DNA of 64,000 nt from Eledone cirrhosa (lineage: Eukaryota). This document shows, in pieces, positions 13,826 through 26,670 of this stretch (its first letter is position 1; the number at the start of each line of letters is the position of its first letter). The position numbers were made by a program, and so were the translations under genes. The stretch lies in the NCBI GenBank assembly GCA_964016885.1, contig OZ024757.1, positions 12,586,001-12,650,000 of the forward strand. Direction: 5' to 3'. Under the pieces are notes generated by a model. That model was given only the letters and a program-made list of their open reading frames with translations. It was not told where the DNA came from and did no database searches.

Positions 13826-14068
13826 GCATGACAAAACATATATATATATATAGAGAGAGAGAGAGGGGGGGTAGATAAATAGAGTGAGGGTGAGAGATAG
13901 ATAGCTAGGTAGATAGATAGGTGGATATTATAGATAAATTGATAGATACATAGATTGATAAATATACAATGATTTGGAAATATTTTCAGTATTTATCAAT
14001 AGTGATGGTCATATTGAACAATAATCAATAGAATCAGACAAATCTACAGAGTGTATATGTTGACCCAC

Positions 14069-14216
14069 CTTAATAGCAGGTGTGTTGATTAACAACTGTG
14101 TGATATCTGTACAGTTCTCATGGATGGCCATGTGGAGTGGAGTATCCCCTTCTTTATTCTGACTATTTACATCCACTCCAGAGGACAGCAAGGATTTCAC
14201 CTCTTCATAGTTTTTT
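14069..14216 (-). pseudogene. Left paralog: ankyrin exon 2
   Basis: TTTCAG acceptor and GTGGGT donor, 148 nt; KNYEEVKSLLSSGVDVNSQNKEGDTPLHMAIHENCTDITQLLINTPAIK. Confidence 0.87.
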
Positions 14217-14509
14217 CTGAAAGTAGTAGAAATAAATACAAATACACATATATAGGAAATGAAGGCACATGGCTTAGTGGTTAGTGTGTTCTACTGAAGA
14301 TCATAAGGTTGTGAGTTTGATTCCTGGGGATGTCTTGTGTCCTTGAGCAAGACACTTTATTACAAGATGATCCAGTCTACTCAGCTAGCAAAACTGAGTT
14401 GTACCAGTAATACAAAGGGTCAGCTTTGTTAATCTGCTTATCCTTGAGAACTACAATAAAGGTACACATTTATGTCTGTAAAGTGGTTGGTGATAGGAAG
14501 GGCATCCAG

Positions 14510-14950
14510 ACCAGGATACTGGAATAGCCTAGCACCCTCATCTAGGAACATCAACTGATACATCAGTAAGGCCTAGTGATGGTGAGGCTGAGATGCTGAA
14601 ATAGCCAAGCACCTTCACCGAGAAGCATCAAGTGATACATCAGTAAAGCATGGTGATGGTGAAACTAAGATACTGCAATAGCTAAGTACCCTCACCTATG
14701 AGTATCAACTGATATATCAATAAAGCATGGTGATGGTGAGGCTGGGATGCTGGAATAGCCAACAAATTACATAAGAGCACCATGAGATACATCAGTAAAG
14801 CCAGGTGATGGTGAGACTGAGATACTGGAATAACCAAGCTCTCTCACCAGGGAGTATCAACTGGTATGACCGTAAGGCCTGGTGATGGTGAGGCTGAGAT
14901 GCTGGAATAGCCAACCAGCCTCACCACCAGGAACATCACCTGATACATTG
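14510..14950. repeat. About 77-bp minisatellite, about 6 diverged copies (counterpart 45695-46130)
   Basis: GATACATCAGTAAAG..GGTGATGGTGAGGCTGAGATGCTGGAATAGCC recurs at 74-78-bp spacing. Confidence 0.8.
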
Positions 14951-15060
14951 GTAAGTGAAGCCACCAACAAGAACAAGAGCCTCAGTGTCAATGGCTACCA
15001 ACTCCCCCATGAAAGTATGAAATGAATCAAACAGAATAGAAATAATTGTTGTAAACTTAC

Positions 15061-15151
15061 TGTGAAACAGCTTCATATATTGGTGTGTTACCAGTTCTGT
15101 CTTCCTTTACCTGTAAACCAGCTGCTGCTCCAGATAAATTCTCCGTTTTAG
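15061..15151 (-). pseudogene. Left paralog: ankyrin exon 1 (ACG where the right copy has ATG)
   Basis: CTTAACAG acceptor and GTAAGT donor, 91 nt; KTENLSGAAAGLQVKEDRTGNTPIYEAVSQ. Confidence 0.85.
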
Positions 15152-15171
15152 CTGTTAAGATATATATATAT

Positions 15172-16140
15172 CATCATCATTTAACGTCCATCTTCCACGC
15201 TAGTATGGGTTGGACGGTTTTGTTTCACTTAAGGCAAGATTTGTCGGGAGACCGTGTCCTGCTCATATAGAACTGTCCCTGGCAGGTTTTCTATGGCTGG
15301 ATACCCTTCCTAATACCAACCACATTTACAGTGTGGACTGGGAGCCGTTTTACCGTGTCTCCTACATGACCACTTTACAATGTGGACTGGGAGCTCTTTG
15401 TCGTGTCACCAACATGACCACTTTACAGTGGTCCTCTCATTTCTATGGGAGGACAGAGTAGGGTGTGTGGAGTGGGGTGTATATTGGGTTAAGAGGTACC
15501 TACTGACTGTAGGTTTAAGTTTGTATGCCAGAGAAAGCAGGTCTTCTGTACAACTGCATAGTGCCAAAGATCTCGATCCAGTGATATTGTCTTAGAGAGG
15601 TTTAAGTGAACAAGGTCAGTTTTTATCAGCTCGTCCCAGGTTTTCCTTGGTCTACCCACTCCGTAGCTTCCATCAATCTTCATCGCCTTGCACTTTTTTA
15701 TACAGCTGTTGTCCTTCATACGCATCACATGACCATACCAACACAATCTCCTCTCCAGAACACAACATTTGACACCTCTTATGCTTAGTCTCTCTCTCAA
15801 TTCGTTTATGCTTTGCCATTCGCTCATATTACTATTACACATCCATCTGAGCATTCAAGCTTCATTTCTTTCTAATCTACACAAGTCTTCAGCACACAAC
15901 ACCCAAGTCTCACTACCATGTAACATTGCTCTTTGTATACAAGCATCATACAATCTGCCTGTCACTTTTAGAAAAAAACCTGTTGCCGCCAACAGCAGTA
16001 TTAGCTCTCTGAACTTTTTCCATCTCGTTTTAACTCTGGCTACTTCAATTTCAGAGCACCCTCCACCACTGCTGATTTTGTCACCCAGTTAACGGAAAGT
16101 GTCTACTATTTCTATAGAACCATCTGGGTAGTTGAAATGA
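15172..16140 (-). mobile_element. 5'-truncated RTE LINE shared by both arms (counterpart 44520-45473, plus)
   Basis: MLRWMCNSN..RRLCWYGHVMRMKD..GRPRKTW; same insertion site in both arms, so it predates the duplication. Confidence 0.9.
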
Positions 16141-16308
16141 GATAGAATCCAGTAGTTCTATAGAAATCATCATCATCACAGTTTTACGTCCATTCTTTCA
16201 CACTAGCATGGATTAGACAGATTGTCCTGTTGTGGGTGATGTTAGGTCAGGTGACCTTGTCTTGCTCATACGGGAACTGATTTTGGCTTGATTTCTACAG
16301 CTGGATGT

Positions 16309-16345
<37 letters not shown>

Positions 16346-16492
16346 AGTGTATTTTATTAAATGTAACTTAAAATTAAAACCTTCAATGTACGATTTTTGC
16401 CTATGAAAAATAATCTAAAAGAAGGGGACACCATTGCCTATGTGACTCATTTGCCTTATACAGGACATCTGTACTTACCAGTTGCAATCAAC

Positions 16493-16530
<38 letters not shown>

Positions 16531-17679
16531 ATATATATATACACACACACACACATACAAGGGTGAGTCAAAATATAATGCAATTTTTGTCATAGAAAAC
16601 ATTATCATACTTCAGGACTGGGCATATCAAAAGATCAAAATAACGGGGGTAAACTTTGTTCCATCATTATGCTTTTCTTGTTTTTCTGTTCAAGTTCTGA
16701 TGAGATCATAGCTGTGGAATAATGGTTATCATCCGAAATATATATAACAGTGACTATGTATAAACAAAGTTAATTTTAACCTATTGACTTACACTTCTTG
16801 TTTATATATATATATGGAGGATATATAAAACAGGAAACAAGGAGGTGTAAATAGCAAGGGGCATAAACATGAGGGAATGGAGATAATTTGACAACATAAC
16901 ATAACTAGTATTTAATAGAATTTAATGTTGAAATACTAAGGAGATATTTAAAGAAAAAAGAAGAGAGGTGTTTGTATTATACTTAATGGTAGAATAAAAA
17001 ATGAATATAGGAGTGAAAAGAAATAGCATGCAAAATTAATGGAGAGGGTTAATATAGGAGGAATCATTAAAATTGAAATAATTAGGGGGAGTGATGTATA
17101 TTAAGACAATGGAGGAAAGATAAATAAAAGTATATTATAAAATAAAGGGTAAGAAAATGATAGAAGAAAAGAAAAGTAAGATTATCATGTTTAATGTCCA
17201 GGCTATGTATACGAGAGTGTAAGAGGTGAAATTATTAGGTAAATGTTCCTCAAGTGATTAATTTAAATGTAGAGTTAAGGGGAAGTCTAGGTTGAGGGTC
17301 ATACATAGGTGTGAAGAAATAGAGTGAAGAAGAAAAGGAAAGACTAAAGAAATGAAAGGAAAATAGGTGTTAATAAGTTATGCTAAGGTAAAAGGAGATT
17401 CAGCAATAGGAATACTAATTATAAAGATAAAAATAAAATATAGATAGAAATTAAAATATTTTAAAAGAAGGGGTTTATAAAGATATGGTCAAAGAGTATA
17501 AAATTAATTACAAAAGGGGGAAAAGGCCTAGATAGGGAGGGTTAATACTAATAAGAAATAGGATAGAGGGATATTATAGGAAATGTATTATAAATAAATA
17601 ATTATAATTCTCACAACTAATCTCCTATCTCTCCTCCTTGGTTAGTTGGTACACATAATTTTGATTGATATATATATAT

Positions 17680-17870
17680 AATTGTTTCTACTTTAGGCAC
17701 AAGGCCAGCAATTACCCAGTGCAATACTGGTACTTTATTTTATCGACCCCGTAAGGATGAAAGGCAAAGTCAACCTCGGCAGGATTTGAACTCAGATCGT
17801 AAAGGGACGTAACTATGCTGGAAAGCATGGCGTCCGACACTCTACCGATACTGCCAATCCACCGCCCTCC
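17680..17870 (-). mobile_element. tRNA-headed CORE-type SINE (related copies 25145-25255 minus, 54715-54908 plus, 59672-59860 minus)
   Basis: B-box GAGTTCAAATCC followed by GCCGAGGTTGACTTTGCCTTTCATCCTTACGGGGTCGATAAAATAAAGTACC. Confidence 0.8.
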
Positions 17871-18323
17871 GATATATATATATATAATGCAAGTATACGA
17901 ACAGCAATAAATGTAAATTAACTGAGAGAGAAACTGGGTATAAGAGGGATCAGATGCAGTATGCTAGAGTGGAGAATGTGTTGGTTTGGTCATGTGATGC
18001 ATATGAAGGACAGCAGTTGTATAAAAAGGTATAAAAAGGTACAGGATAGCATGAAAAATGGACAGTAAACGATGGATATTCGTTTTTGTACAAGAAAATA
18101 TAAATATAGGTGAAGATAGGATGAAAGTTCAAATATAAGATTTATGACTATAAACCATTTAGACAGGTTTGAATAACAGAACAGCTTACTCATAAAATTA
18201 AGGTGCAAAAGATACAATAAGCTCTTGGGAATTGAACTCAGAACCTTATGATCATGAGACAAACACACTAACCACTAAGTCATGAATGGAAATAAACAGA
18301 CAGATTATCAAATAATTACTTAC

Positions 18324-18466
18324 TAAATTCATCCACCGTATATACAGTCATTCCACACTGTGTACAATGTTCAATTGTGGAACAACATTTTCTACATGCA
18401 ACTTTATGTTGACATGGATTGGATGTGTTGGTGGCTTTATTAATCTGACATGGGTGACATACAGCT
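18324..18466 (-). CDS. Intact upstream RING exon, left arm
   Basis: TTTTACAG acceptor and GTAAGT donor, 143 nt; AVCHPCQINKATNTSNPCQHKVACRKCCSTIEHCTQCGMTVYTVDEF. Whether it is expressed is unknown. Confidence 0.6.
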
Positions 18467-18829
18467 CTGTAAAAGAAAATAAAGATACAACCCACCAACA
18501 ACATTAATTTACACCAATATTACATTGTATACAAGTTTACAGACATGATAAAATACAACCAGTACACTCTGTAATGTGGTTGGTAATAGGAAGGGCTTCC
18601 TGTCATACAAACTTTCCGAACAAAGGAGAGAGAGGATTCTGTAGTGGTTTCAAAGACATGACAACATCCCTAGTGTTGGTGCCATGATTAAATCAGCAGT
18701 GCCTTTCATGATGATGATGATGCTGATTTATAATAAAAGGTGAGATTTGAACTCAGAAGGTTCAGGGCCATAACTCTATGCTGCAAAGCATGGTGTGTGA
18801 CGCTCTACTGATACTGCCAATCTATAATC

Positions 18830-19150
18830 AATAATAATAATGAAAATTATTGTGTACAATGCTCAGGTGCACTACAACTCATGTAGGTGCATGTATTCTA
18901 CATAGAGTAATGTAGAAATATCAGGAAAGTGAACAGTGATTGAGTCATGATACACACACACATGCGTGCATGTATGGAGGTGAGGATATCAGGTGTAGTG
19001 TTGTAGAATTTCAGGAAGGATGAAGGTGTTAAAGGATGCAGTGTCCTGACAGCTAACAACTGATGCAGGTAGTTGGTTCCATGCTTCAGTAACTCTGAGC
19101 ATGAAAAGATGTTTCCGAAAGTCATGGGGTCTGTACTGTTTTCTTGGCTT
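18830..19150 (-). mobile_element. CR1-type LINE 3' end (copies 12590-12780, 40665-41005, 52000-52325)
   Basis: HDFRKHLFMLRVTEAWNQLPASVVSCQDTASF matches the CR1 ORF2 C-terminal RV..WN.LP..VV pattern; (ATT)n tail. Confidence 0.75.
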
Positions 19151-19619
19151 AAAGCAGAAATCAGTTGTCAAACTTCCGCAACTTCTGTATTGAGGGTCTA
19201 TTTTGTTGTTGTTGTTGATGTTCTTCAACAGGAATGTTAGGGGAAGACATGGTAGTCGGTTTGTGTTGTTGTTCAACAGCAATGGTATAAGAAGACACAC
19301 AGGCCAGGGACTGAAAGGACCAATTTGGTAGCTGTTTGTGTTCATTTATCTATTTACCAAAATTAAATAGAAAATATGAGTGGAACAGCAACATCACAAC
19401 TTACAATTAAGGACAAAATGAAAACACACACACACACATAGAACAAACAACCAACCAACAATAAATAAATAAATAAATAAACAAATAGATAAATGAACAC
19501 AAACACACACAGACACCCGGATGTGGCGCATGCGCAAACTGAGCACACAACACACACACAGAAACAAAATGGCGTAGGATAGAAGAAAGGAAAGGCACAG
19601 AAACAAAGAAAGGAATCCC

Positions 19620-19664
19620 AGTCACTGAAGAGGTCACAGAGTGTGTGACGAAAGGACTATGACT
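19620..19664 (+). ncRNA. Type I hammerhead ribozyme motif, probably in a Penelope-like pseudo-LTR
   Basis: AGTCA-CTGAAGA-G-GTCACA-GAGTG-TGTGAC-GAAA-GGAC-TA-TGACT: stem I AGTCA/TGACT, 6-bp stem II, minimal stem III. Confidence 0.65.
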
Positions 19665-19868
19665 ATATATAAACAACTATCTGGTTATGGAACCAACCAG
19701 AAATGTATAAGTTTGTAGATTTGTAAATTTATAAATATATAATAAATTGAAGTGAAAGCAACTAGTGCGTGTGTTTCTTATTGGCAACATAACCCTCCCA
19801 AAGTATAACAATATCGGTTTCAATACAAGATTTCAGATAAAGAATCTTGCTAAACAAATTCAGAAACG

Positions 19869-19912
<44 letters not shown>

Positions 19913-20531
19913 CCTTAAATCTTTTGTTTAAACCTTCGTAGATGTTGTAAACAAACTATGACGTCATATGTCTTTCTACCTTTATAAACCTTTCTAGCAA
20001 TTTCCTTTACTTGTTGATATAAAATAATTATTAATTAGTAGACCCCCACATATATACATTTTTAATAGTAATTTTTAATTTTGACAGACTATTCTTATTT
20101 TTATTTTTTATTCTATTCTATCTTATTTTATTTTATTAATACATTTTTACATTTCTTAATCCAATTTTTATTAGTCAAACTCAATATAAAATAATATATC
20201 CAGTTCTATATTCTACACCTCTAATATTTGTAATATTAGCAACATACACATCATCAATTTATTGTTTTAGCCGTTATTTACATGTTTTCCTTTTTTGAGA
20301 GCGTCCCCGATCTCTCTCTCGCTCTCCTTTCTTTTTCTTTTTTTTCCCCATTTGTTATCTCTTCTCTTATATTTCTATCATATGTAGCTGGACACTTTGT
20401 TGTTGACAAGTGTTTTTAGGCCTCATACCATGTTACCTTATTTTATCTGATGAGAACACAATGTTTGCCCTAGGATGATGTTGCTTTCGAAATGCAAATG
20501 AACTTTTTTAACCATCTTTTAATTTCTTCTT

Positions 20532-20564
<33 letters not shown>

Positions 20565-20644
20565 CACGATAGATTAACGGAGCCATAGACTCTCGCCGTT
20601 CCCTGTCAATAATGTGTTCAAAGGAGAAGGAATCCTGAGCTCTT

Positions 20645-20920
20645 TAAAATACAATATGTTGAAAAGGTAAAACACCAGAGAGAGATAGTGCACCATCAAT
20701 AAAACAGGGAAAACCCACCAGTGTATGGAATCTATAACCTATGAAAGGCAGGGTAGACACACAGTAATTAAAAATATAAATTAATTTATATTTTTAATTA
20801 CTGTGTGTCTACCCTGCCTTTCATACGTTATAGATTCCATACACTGGTGGTTTTTCCCTGTTTTATTGATGGCACACTATCTCTCTCTAGTGTTTTACCT
20901 TTTCAACATATTGTATTTTA
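20645..20920. repeat. Loopless near-perfect palindrome of about 276 bp
   Basis: Arms 20645-20782 and 20783-20920 meet at AAATT|AATTT with only a few mismatches. Confidence 0.92.
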
Positions 20921-21819
20921 TATTTATATATATATATATGAAAGTAATTTGGGCTTTGATTTGTGATGACGTTCCCTGGCAATGAACGGAAAAAAGCGAA
21001 GATAATACGTCGTTATGTGGAGCGATGACAACAATTGCACGTAAAGACAAAACCATGTTTATGGTATAAATGGAGTCGTAGACTGATATATAATATGACA
21101 AAAGAGCACCTAACCCTCCCTGCAAGGTAGTCATGCTGGTGACATGTCAAATAAGCAGCCAGTGATGTAGACATGACAGGAGGCCTCTAGCCCACCCTGT
21201 AAAGTGGTCATGCTAGTGGCAAGACTGAAGGTACCCGAACCACCCTTCAAATTGGTGACATGACAAAGAGCAGCAAAAAGCACCCAGTCCACCCTGTAGG
21301 TTGGTCATGTTAGCAACACAATAAATACCAAGTCCACCCTGTAAATGTGGTTGGAGTTCAATCCAACCAGAAATGGTTCTTGCATGAGCAAGGCAGGGTT
21401 ATTTGATCTAAGTTTTCACACAATAGGACAACTCGTCTGACCCAGAGCATGTAAATTGGAGTTTAAATTGTGATGAGGATAAATACAATATATGAATATA
21501 CACGTATGTATTATATTCTTTTACTCTTTTACGTGTTCCAGCTATCTGGCTGAGGCCATGCTGGGGCACCGCCCTTCAGATATATGTATATATATATATC
21601 ATAGAATCAAGACGTATCTGAGGACCTTGAGATTTTCAGGTTCGATCATCACATCGATTTTACCCAGAGCTGGTCGCCAGAGAAACGATTGTAATATGTC
21701 CACTAAATTCCACTCATCGCAACACTGATTCTCTCTTTTTCTGTGATATACTCTGCTCTATGAGAGCATCGAGTGCTCAAACGGCCTACTGCATATGGAC
21801 GCTTTAAGCATCCAAAACC

Positions 21820-21855
<36 letters not shown>

Positions 21856-21887
21856 AGATCAAAAGATGGTTAAAGGAGTTCCATATA

Positions 21888-21954
21888 TTTTATTATGCGC
21901 ATTTCAAAAACAAACATCATCAAGCAATAATATTTGTGTTTTCATCAGATAAAA
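21888..21954 (-). ncRNA. Type I hammerhead ribozyme motif, sense to the Penelope ORF
   Basis: TTTTAT-CTGATGA-long stem II-GAAA-TGCGCA(palindromic stem III)-TA-ATAAAA. Confidence 0.72.
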
Positions 21955-24555
21955 CAGGAGAACATGATATGAAGGCTAAAAAAACACTTGTTGATAGTGC
22001 AGTTTTAAATCAACATATGAAAAGTGGTTTTAGATTGATGTGTGATATTGGGAAAAATATTTTATTTAGAGAGGGGGGGGGGAGGATGAAAAGGGAGGGA
22101 GATGAGAGGGAGAGATGGGTGATAGAGAGAAAGAGATAGTTTTTATAACTGAGAGGAGATATATTTTTTACATAGAGGGGTTGAAAACCGTTGGAAGATA
22201 CTGTATAAATTAAAAATTTTGAAAATTAACGAAGGGAGGATATGTGCGAGGAAAAAATATTTTATTTAGGGAGGGTGGGGTGGAAAGGATGAAAAAAAGG
22301 GGGGAGGAGATGAGAGTGAAGGTGGAGAGGGAGAGATGGGTGATAGAGAGAAAGAGATAGTTTTTATAACTGAGAAAAAGATATATTGTTTTAATATAGA
22401 GAGGTTGGGAACCGTTGGAAGATAATGTATAAATTAAAGGAATTTGAAAATTAACGAAGGGAAATTATGTATGAAGATAGAGAGAAAAAAATAATAATTG
22501 TGGGTGAATATTCTAACGTCAAAAGAAGAAATGTATGTATTGTGGCAATTTCAAAATTAGCGAAGAGAAAAATTGTTAAGGTAGAAGGATTTGAGAAGTG
22601 TAGAAGGATTTGAGAAAAATAATGTGAAGTTAAAGTTTGTATATTGAATTGATATGTATTAATAATGAGTTCGTTGATGGGGAGAAAAAAATAATAATAA
22701 ATTAAGGATGAAATTGAGATTAAAAAGATTTATGATAGAGAGAAAAAATAATAATTATTGCGGATGAATATTCAAAATGTCAAAAACAAATGTTATTATT
22801 TTACGAGAAGATAGAATGAGGGTAATGAGTAAACAAGTATTATAGAGTGTATAATGCCCTTTAAAGTAAGGTAGATGGGTATATTTTAAAAGATTCTAAA
22901 TTGATAAAGAATTGAATATTAACTGTATACTTTGTGAAAAGTTCTATGGAATTTATGCAGGCAGATAGAAAACAAATCTGAGCGTCTATTTATTATAGAT
23001 TCTAGGTTAGAGATAATGGTAAATTTTTCATTTAGGCAGAGATTACAGATTTTAGATAGAGAGCTGTTCAAGTATGAGGATGCAGAAGAAATCGTTTTCC
23101 AAAAGATGTTATATTTAATGTTTTTGTCTTTTAAGGACCATATGAGTTCTGAGAGAACAGTGTTAGTTCTTTTAAGTTTGTATTTGAAACATGAATGATG
23201 ATTATAGAGACGAGCTTTAAAAGTGGAGCCAAAATAGGTGAAGGAATTGGTGCTAGTTATAATTTTACATTCATAAATTAAGTTTTTATCGAGGCAATGG
23301 TTGTTGAGAGGACATTTATTTTTAATGCGGCAGTTGCAATTAGAGAGATTATTAATGAGTGATCTAGTGTTATCTATAGAAGGAATTGGATTGGAGAAGT
23401 TGTTTGCGATAGGAATAATAGGAATAATAGTTTCTTGATTTAGAGTTGGATTATGAACATTTAGCGAAGTTGTGTTTGACGTTGTATTTGGGTTTACAGA
23501 AGTTAGCCTAGGGTTTACAATGACGTCGGGAGTACTATTACTGTTATTATGAAATTCAATATTGGAAGGAAGAGATTTAGTATTTAATATTTTGTTGTTG
23601 TATTTAGAGATGATGTTGGAAATATTGGAGGATGTAGAATACGAAAATTTGATGGTGTGTTTGTTAAATATTTTACTATAGATATGTGAGGGAGGGAAGC
23701 ATTTATTTAAGGCACTAAAAAATAATTTAGGAATATTGTTACTAATAGAGATGGAGAAAGGAGCATTATACCAGATTATGTTTTTGTATCTAGGTCTTTT
23801 ATTAAAATTATTGGAATGGTCAATCCTGGTCAAATCCTTGGTCAAATCCTGGTCAAATCCTTCTACACTTCTGGTCAATCCTGGTCAAATCCTTCTACAC
23901 TTCTCAAATCCTTCTACCTACCTTAACAATTTTTCTCTTCGCTAATTTTGAAATTGCCACAATACATACATTTCTTCTTTTGACGTTAGAATATTCACCC
24001 ACAATTATTATTTTTTTCTCTCTATCTTCATACATAATTTCCCTTCGTTAATTTTCAAATTCCTTTAATTTATACATTATCTTCCAACGGTTCCCAACCT
24101 CTCTATATTAAAACAATATATCTTTTTCTCAGTTATAAAAACTATCTCTTTCTCTTTATCACCCATCTCTCCCTCTCCACCTTCACTCTCATCTCCTCCC
24201 CCCTTTTTTTCATCCTTTCCACCCCACCCTCCCTAAATAAAATATTTTTTCCTCGCACATATCCTCCCTTCGTTAATTTTCAAAATTTTTAATTTATACA
24301 GTATCTTCCAACGGTTTTCAACCCCTCTATGTAAAAAATATATCTCCTCTCAGTTATAAAAACTATCTCTTTCTCTCTATCACCCATCTCTCCCTCTCAT
24401 CTCCCTCCCTTTTCATCCTTCCCCCCCCCCCCCCCCCTCTCTAAATAAAATATTTTTCCCAATATCACACATCAATCTAAAACCACTTTTCATATGTTGA
24501 TTTAAAACTGCACTATCAACAAGTGTTTTTTTAGCCTTCATATCATGTTCTCCTG

Positions 24556-24622
24556 TTTTATCTGATGAAAACACAAATATTATTGCTTGATGATGTTTGT
24601 TTTTGAAATGCGCATAATAAAA
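24556..24622 (+). ncRNA. Type I hammerhead ribozyme motif, inverted copy
   Basis: CTGATGA at 24562-24568, GAAA at 24605-24608, TGCGCA palindrome, stem I TTTTAT/ATAAAA. Confidence 0.72.
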
Positions 24623-25811
24623 TATATGGAACTCCTTTAACCATCTTTTGATCTTATATTATGCATACTCCAGTCCCACAAACTGTAGAGTGCTTCTTAT
24701 CCGATATCTGCATTGCTTTATTGTACTACAATAAAACTCACCTCCTACATATATATATATATTAAAATAACAGATTAAAGTTTAAGCAAAGAATCGCTGC
24801 TTTCCCCCTTAACGGGATCTTCTAAAACTAAAAAAAAATCAATCCATGACCGAAAAAGTAAATATTTCGAAAAACTTTGCAACCGAAGGAAAACAGGAAG
24901 ACGATACTTTGGTTCGTGAAGACGTTTCCTGGCAATGAACGGAAAAAAGCGAAGATAATACGTCGTTATTTGGAGCGTTGACAACAATTACACGTAAAGA
25001 CAAAACCACGTTTATGGTATAAATGGAGTCGTAGACTAATATACTATTTAGGAAACTGAATGATTCTCGGCTTGGGAGTTCAGAATAATGAAAATAAATT
25101 AGTAGAACGAAAATTACAGAGGTTTTAAAATCATAAAACTAATAATTGTTTCTACTTTTTGGCCAGCAAATACCCAGTACATTACTGGTACTTTATTTTA
25201 TCGACCCTGTAAGGATGAAAGGCAAAGTTAACCTCGGTGGGATTTGAACTCACACCATGCATAAAAGAAATAATAATTAAATATATGCATACACACATTT
25301 ATATATGTGCATACGCGAAAACACACACCATGCATGCATATACATGCACATAAACACACGCGCACATGGACGTAAACCGGTGCGACACATATACCCGCAC
25401 AAACATATGCACCAAATACACATAAATATATGTGTGTGTGTATACATATAATTATATATAGATATATAAATATAAACGCATAAATGCGTATAGAACGCAC
25501 ACTCACACATACCTACAGGTAAATACACATGTTCACCAAACGTAAATATACCAAACCCTTATGTACACATATACACACCATACATACGTGTAAACACACA
25601 TACACACCCATATATGTGTGTATATGTATAGAGAGAAAGAGAGCAGTTGTAATGGATAATATCGCTGTTATTTCTAGCAGCCAGAGAGACTACGTAGAGG
25701 TTCTCTTATTGATATATAATTGATACTTTACTGAGTCATATTTTCTGATTTACAATAAATTAAATACGATTGGAACTGTGTCTGAAGGTATTAAATTATA
25801 ACAGGGACTTT

Positions 25812-26380
25812 GAACGTATGACACCGGTACGAGAGTTGAAACATTCTCAACGACACCGGGTACCTGCTGTCTTCATTATAACTTTAATTAATCTAATTAT
25901 ATCTTATATCTGTAATAATTATATATATATATATATATATAGACAATTTTATTTCCCCGACATCAGTCTTACACTGTCATACCTATTCTTACTTTACAAT
26001 TGTGTCTACTAAGAGTTCCATTATAATCTGTAGTAGTAAAACTACTATTTCACCAGAACATCTGCTATCAGTCATTTATAGACAATATATATATTTTAGA
26101 CCACATATCAACCTAATATATACATATATTTCCTATCAAATCTGTAGCTAAAGACATAAAGTCAGCCTCACTACTTCATTCTGACAAGATATCAATTTAT
26201 GACTAAAGATGAAGAAGATACACCAACGTTAATGTCGTGAAATAAAGCTGATAACATCTTTAAAACTTCTAATTTGATAACAAAGAGATTATTTCTTTGG
26301 TTAGTAAAAACTAACAACACAACACATTGATTATATCTGAAGGAGGTAAGTTGACAAAGATTGACTTTAATGTCTATATT
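25812..26380 (+). repeat. Third copy of a 560-bp segment also found at 61854-62404 (plus) and 3940-4497 (minus)
   Basis: GAACGTATGACACCGGTA..TACCTGCTGTCTTCATTATAACTTTAATTAATC..GAAGGAGGTAAGTTGACAAAGATT is shared by all three. Confidence 0.88.
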
Positions 26381-26670
26381 AGTGTGTGTAAATAATATAA
26401 TTATGTGAACCCTACAACGACCCAGTAATTATATACAAGTGGAAATATATATAACAACATTAGAAAAAACACTTCCCAACTGAAATGTTGATGTGATATT
26501 TTTCAATCATCAGATTCCACTGTTACATGTGATATAAAATATATTGTTATCATGACTGTCTTTATTATTTAAAATACCTCCGTCTATATTTCAACCACTG
26601 GAACAACCTCAAACAAGAAACAGTTGTCACACCCTCAATCAACATTTTAATGTAAGATATCGAAATAATG

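Larger units (their letters stand above)
21848..24750 (-). mobile_element. Penelope-like retroelement (Neptune-like), 3' part with GIY-YIG endonuclease and inverted pseudo-LTR
   Basis: ORF 22919-23878: IIWYNAPFS..KIFNKHTIKFSYS..CNCRIKNKCPL..LIYEC..TYFG..FKARLYNH..LSELIWSLK..CNLCLNEK..CLH. Segment 21848-22613 is repeated inverted at 23885-24662. Confidence 0.9.
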
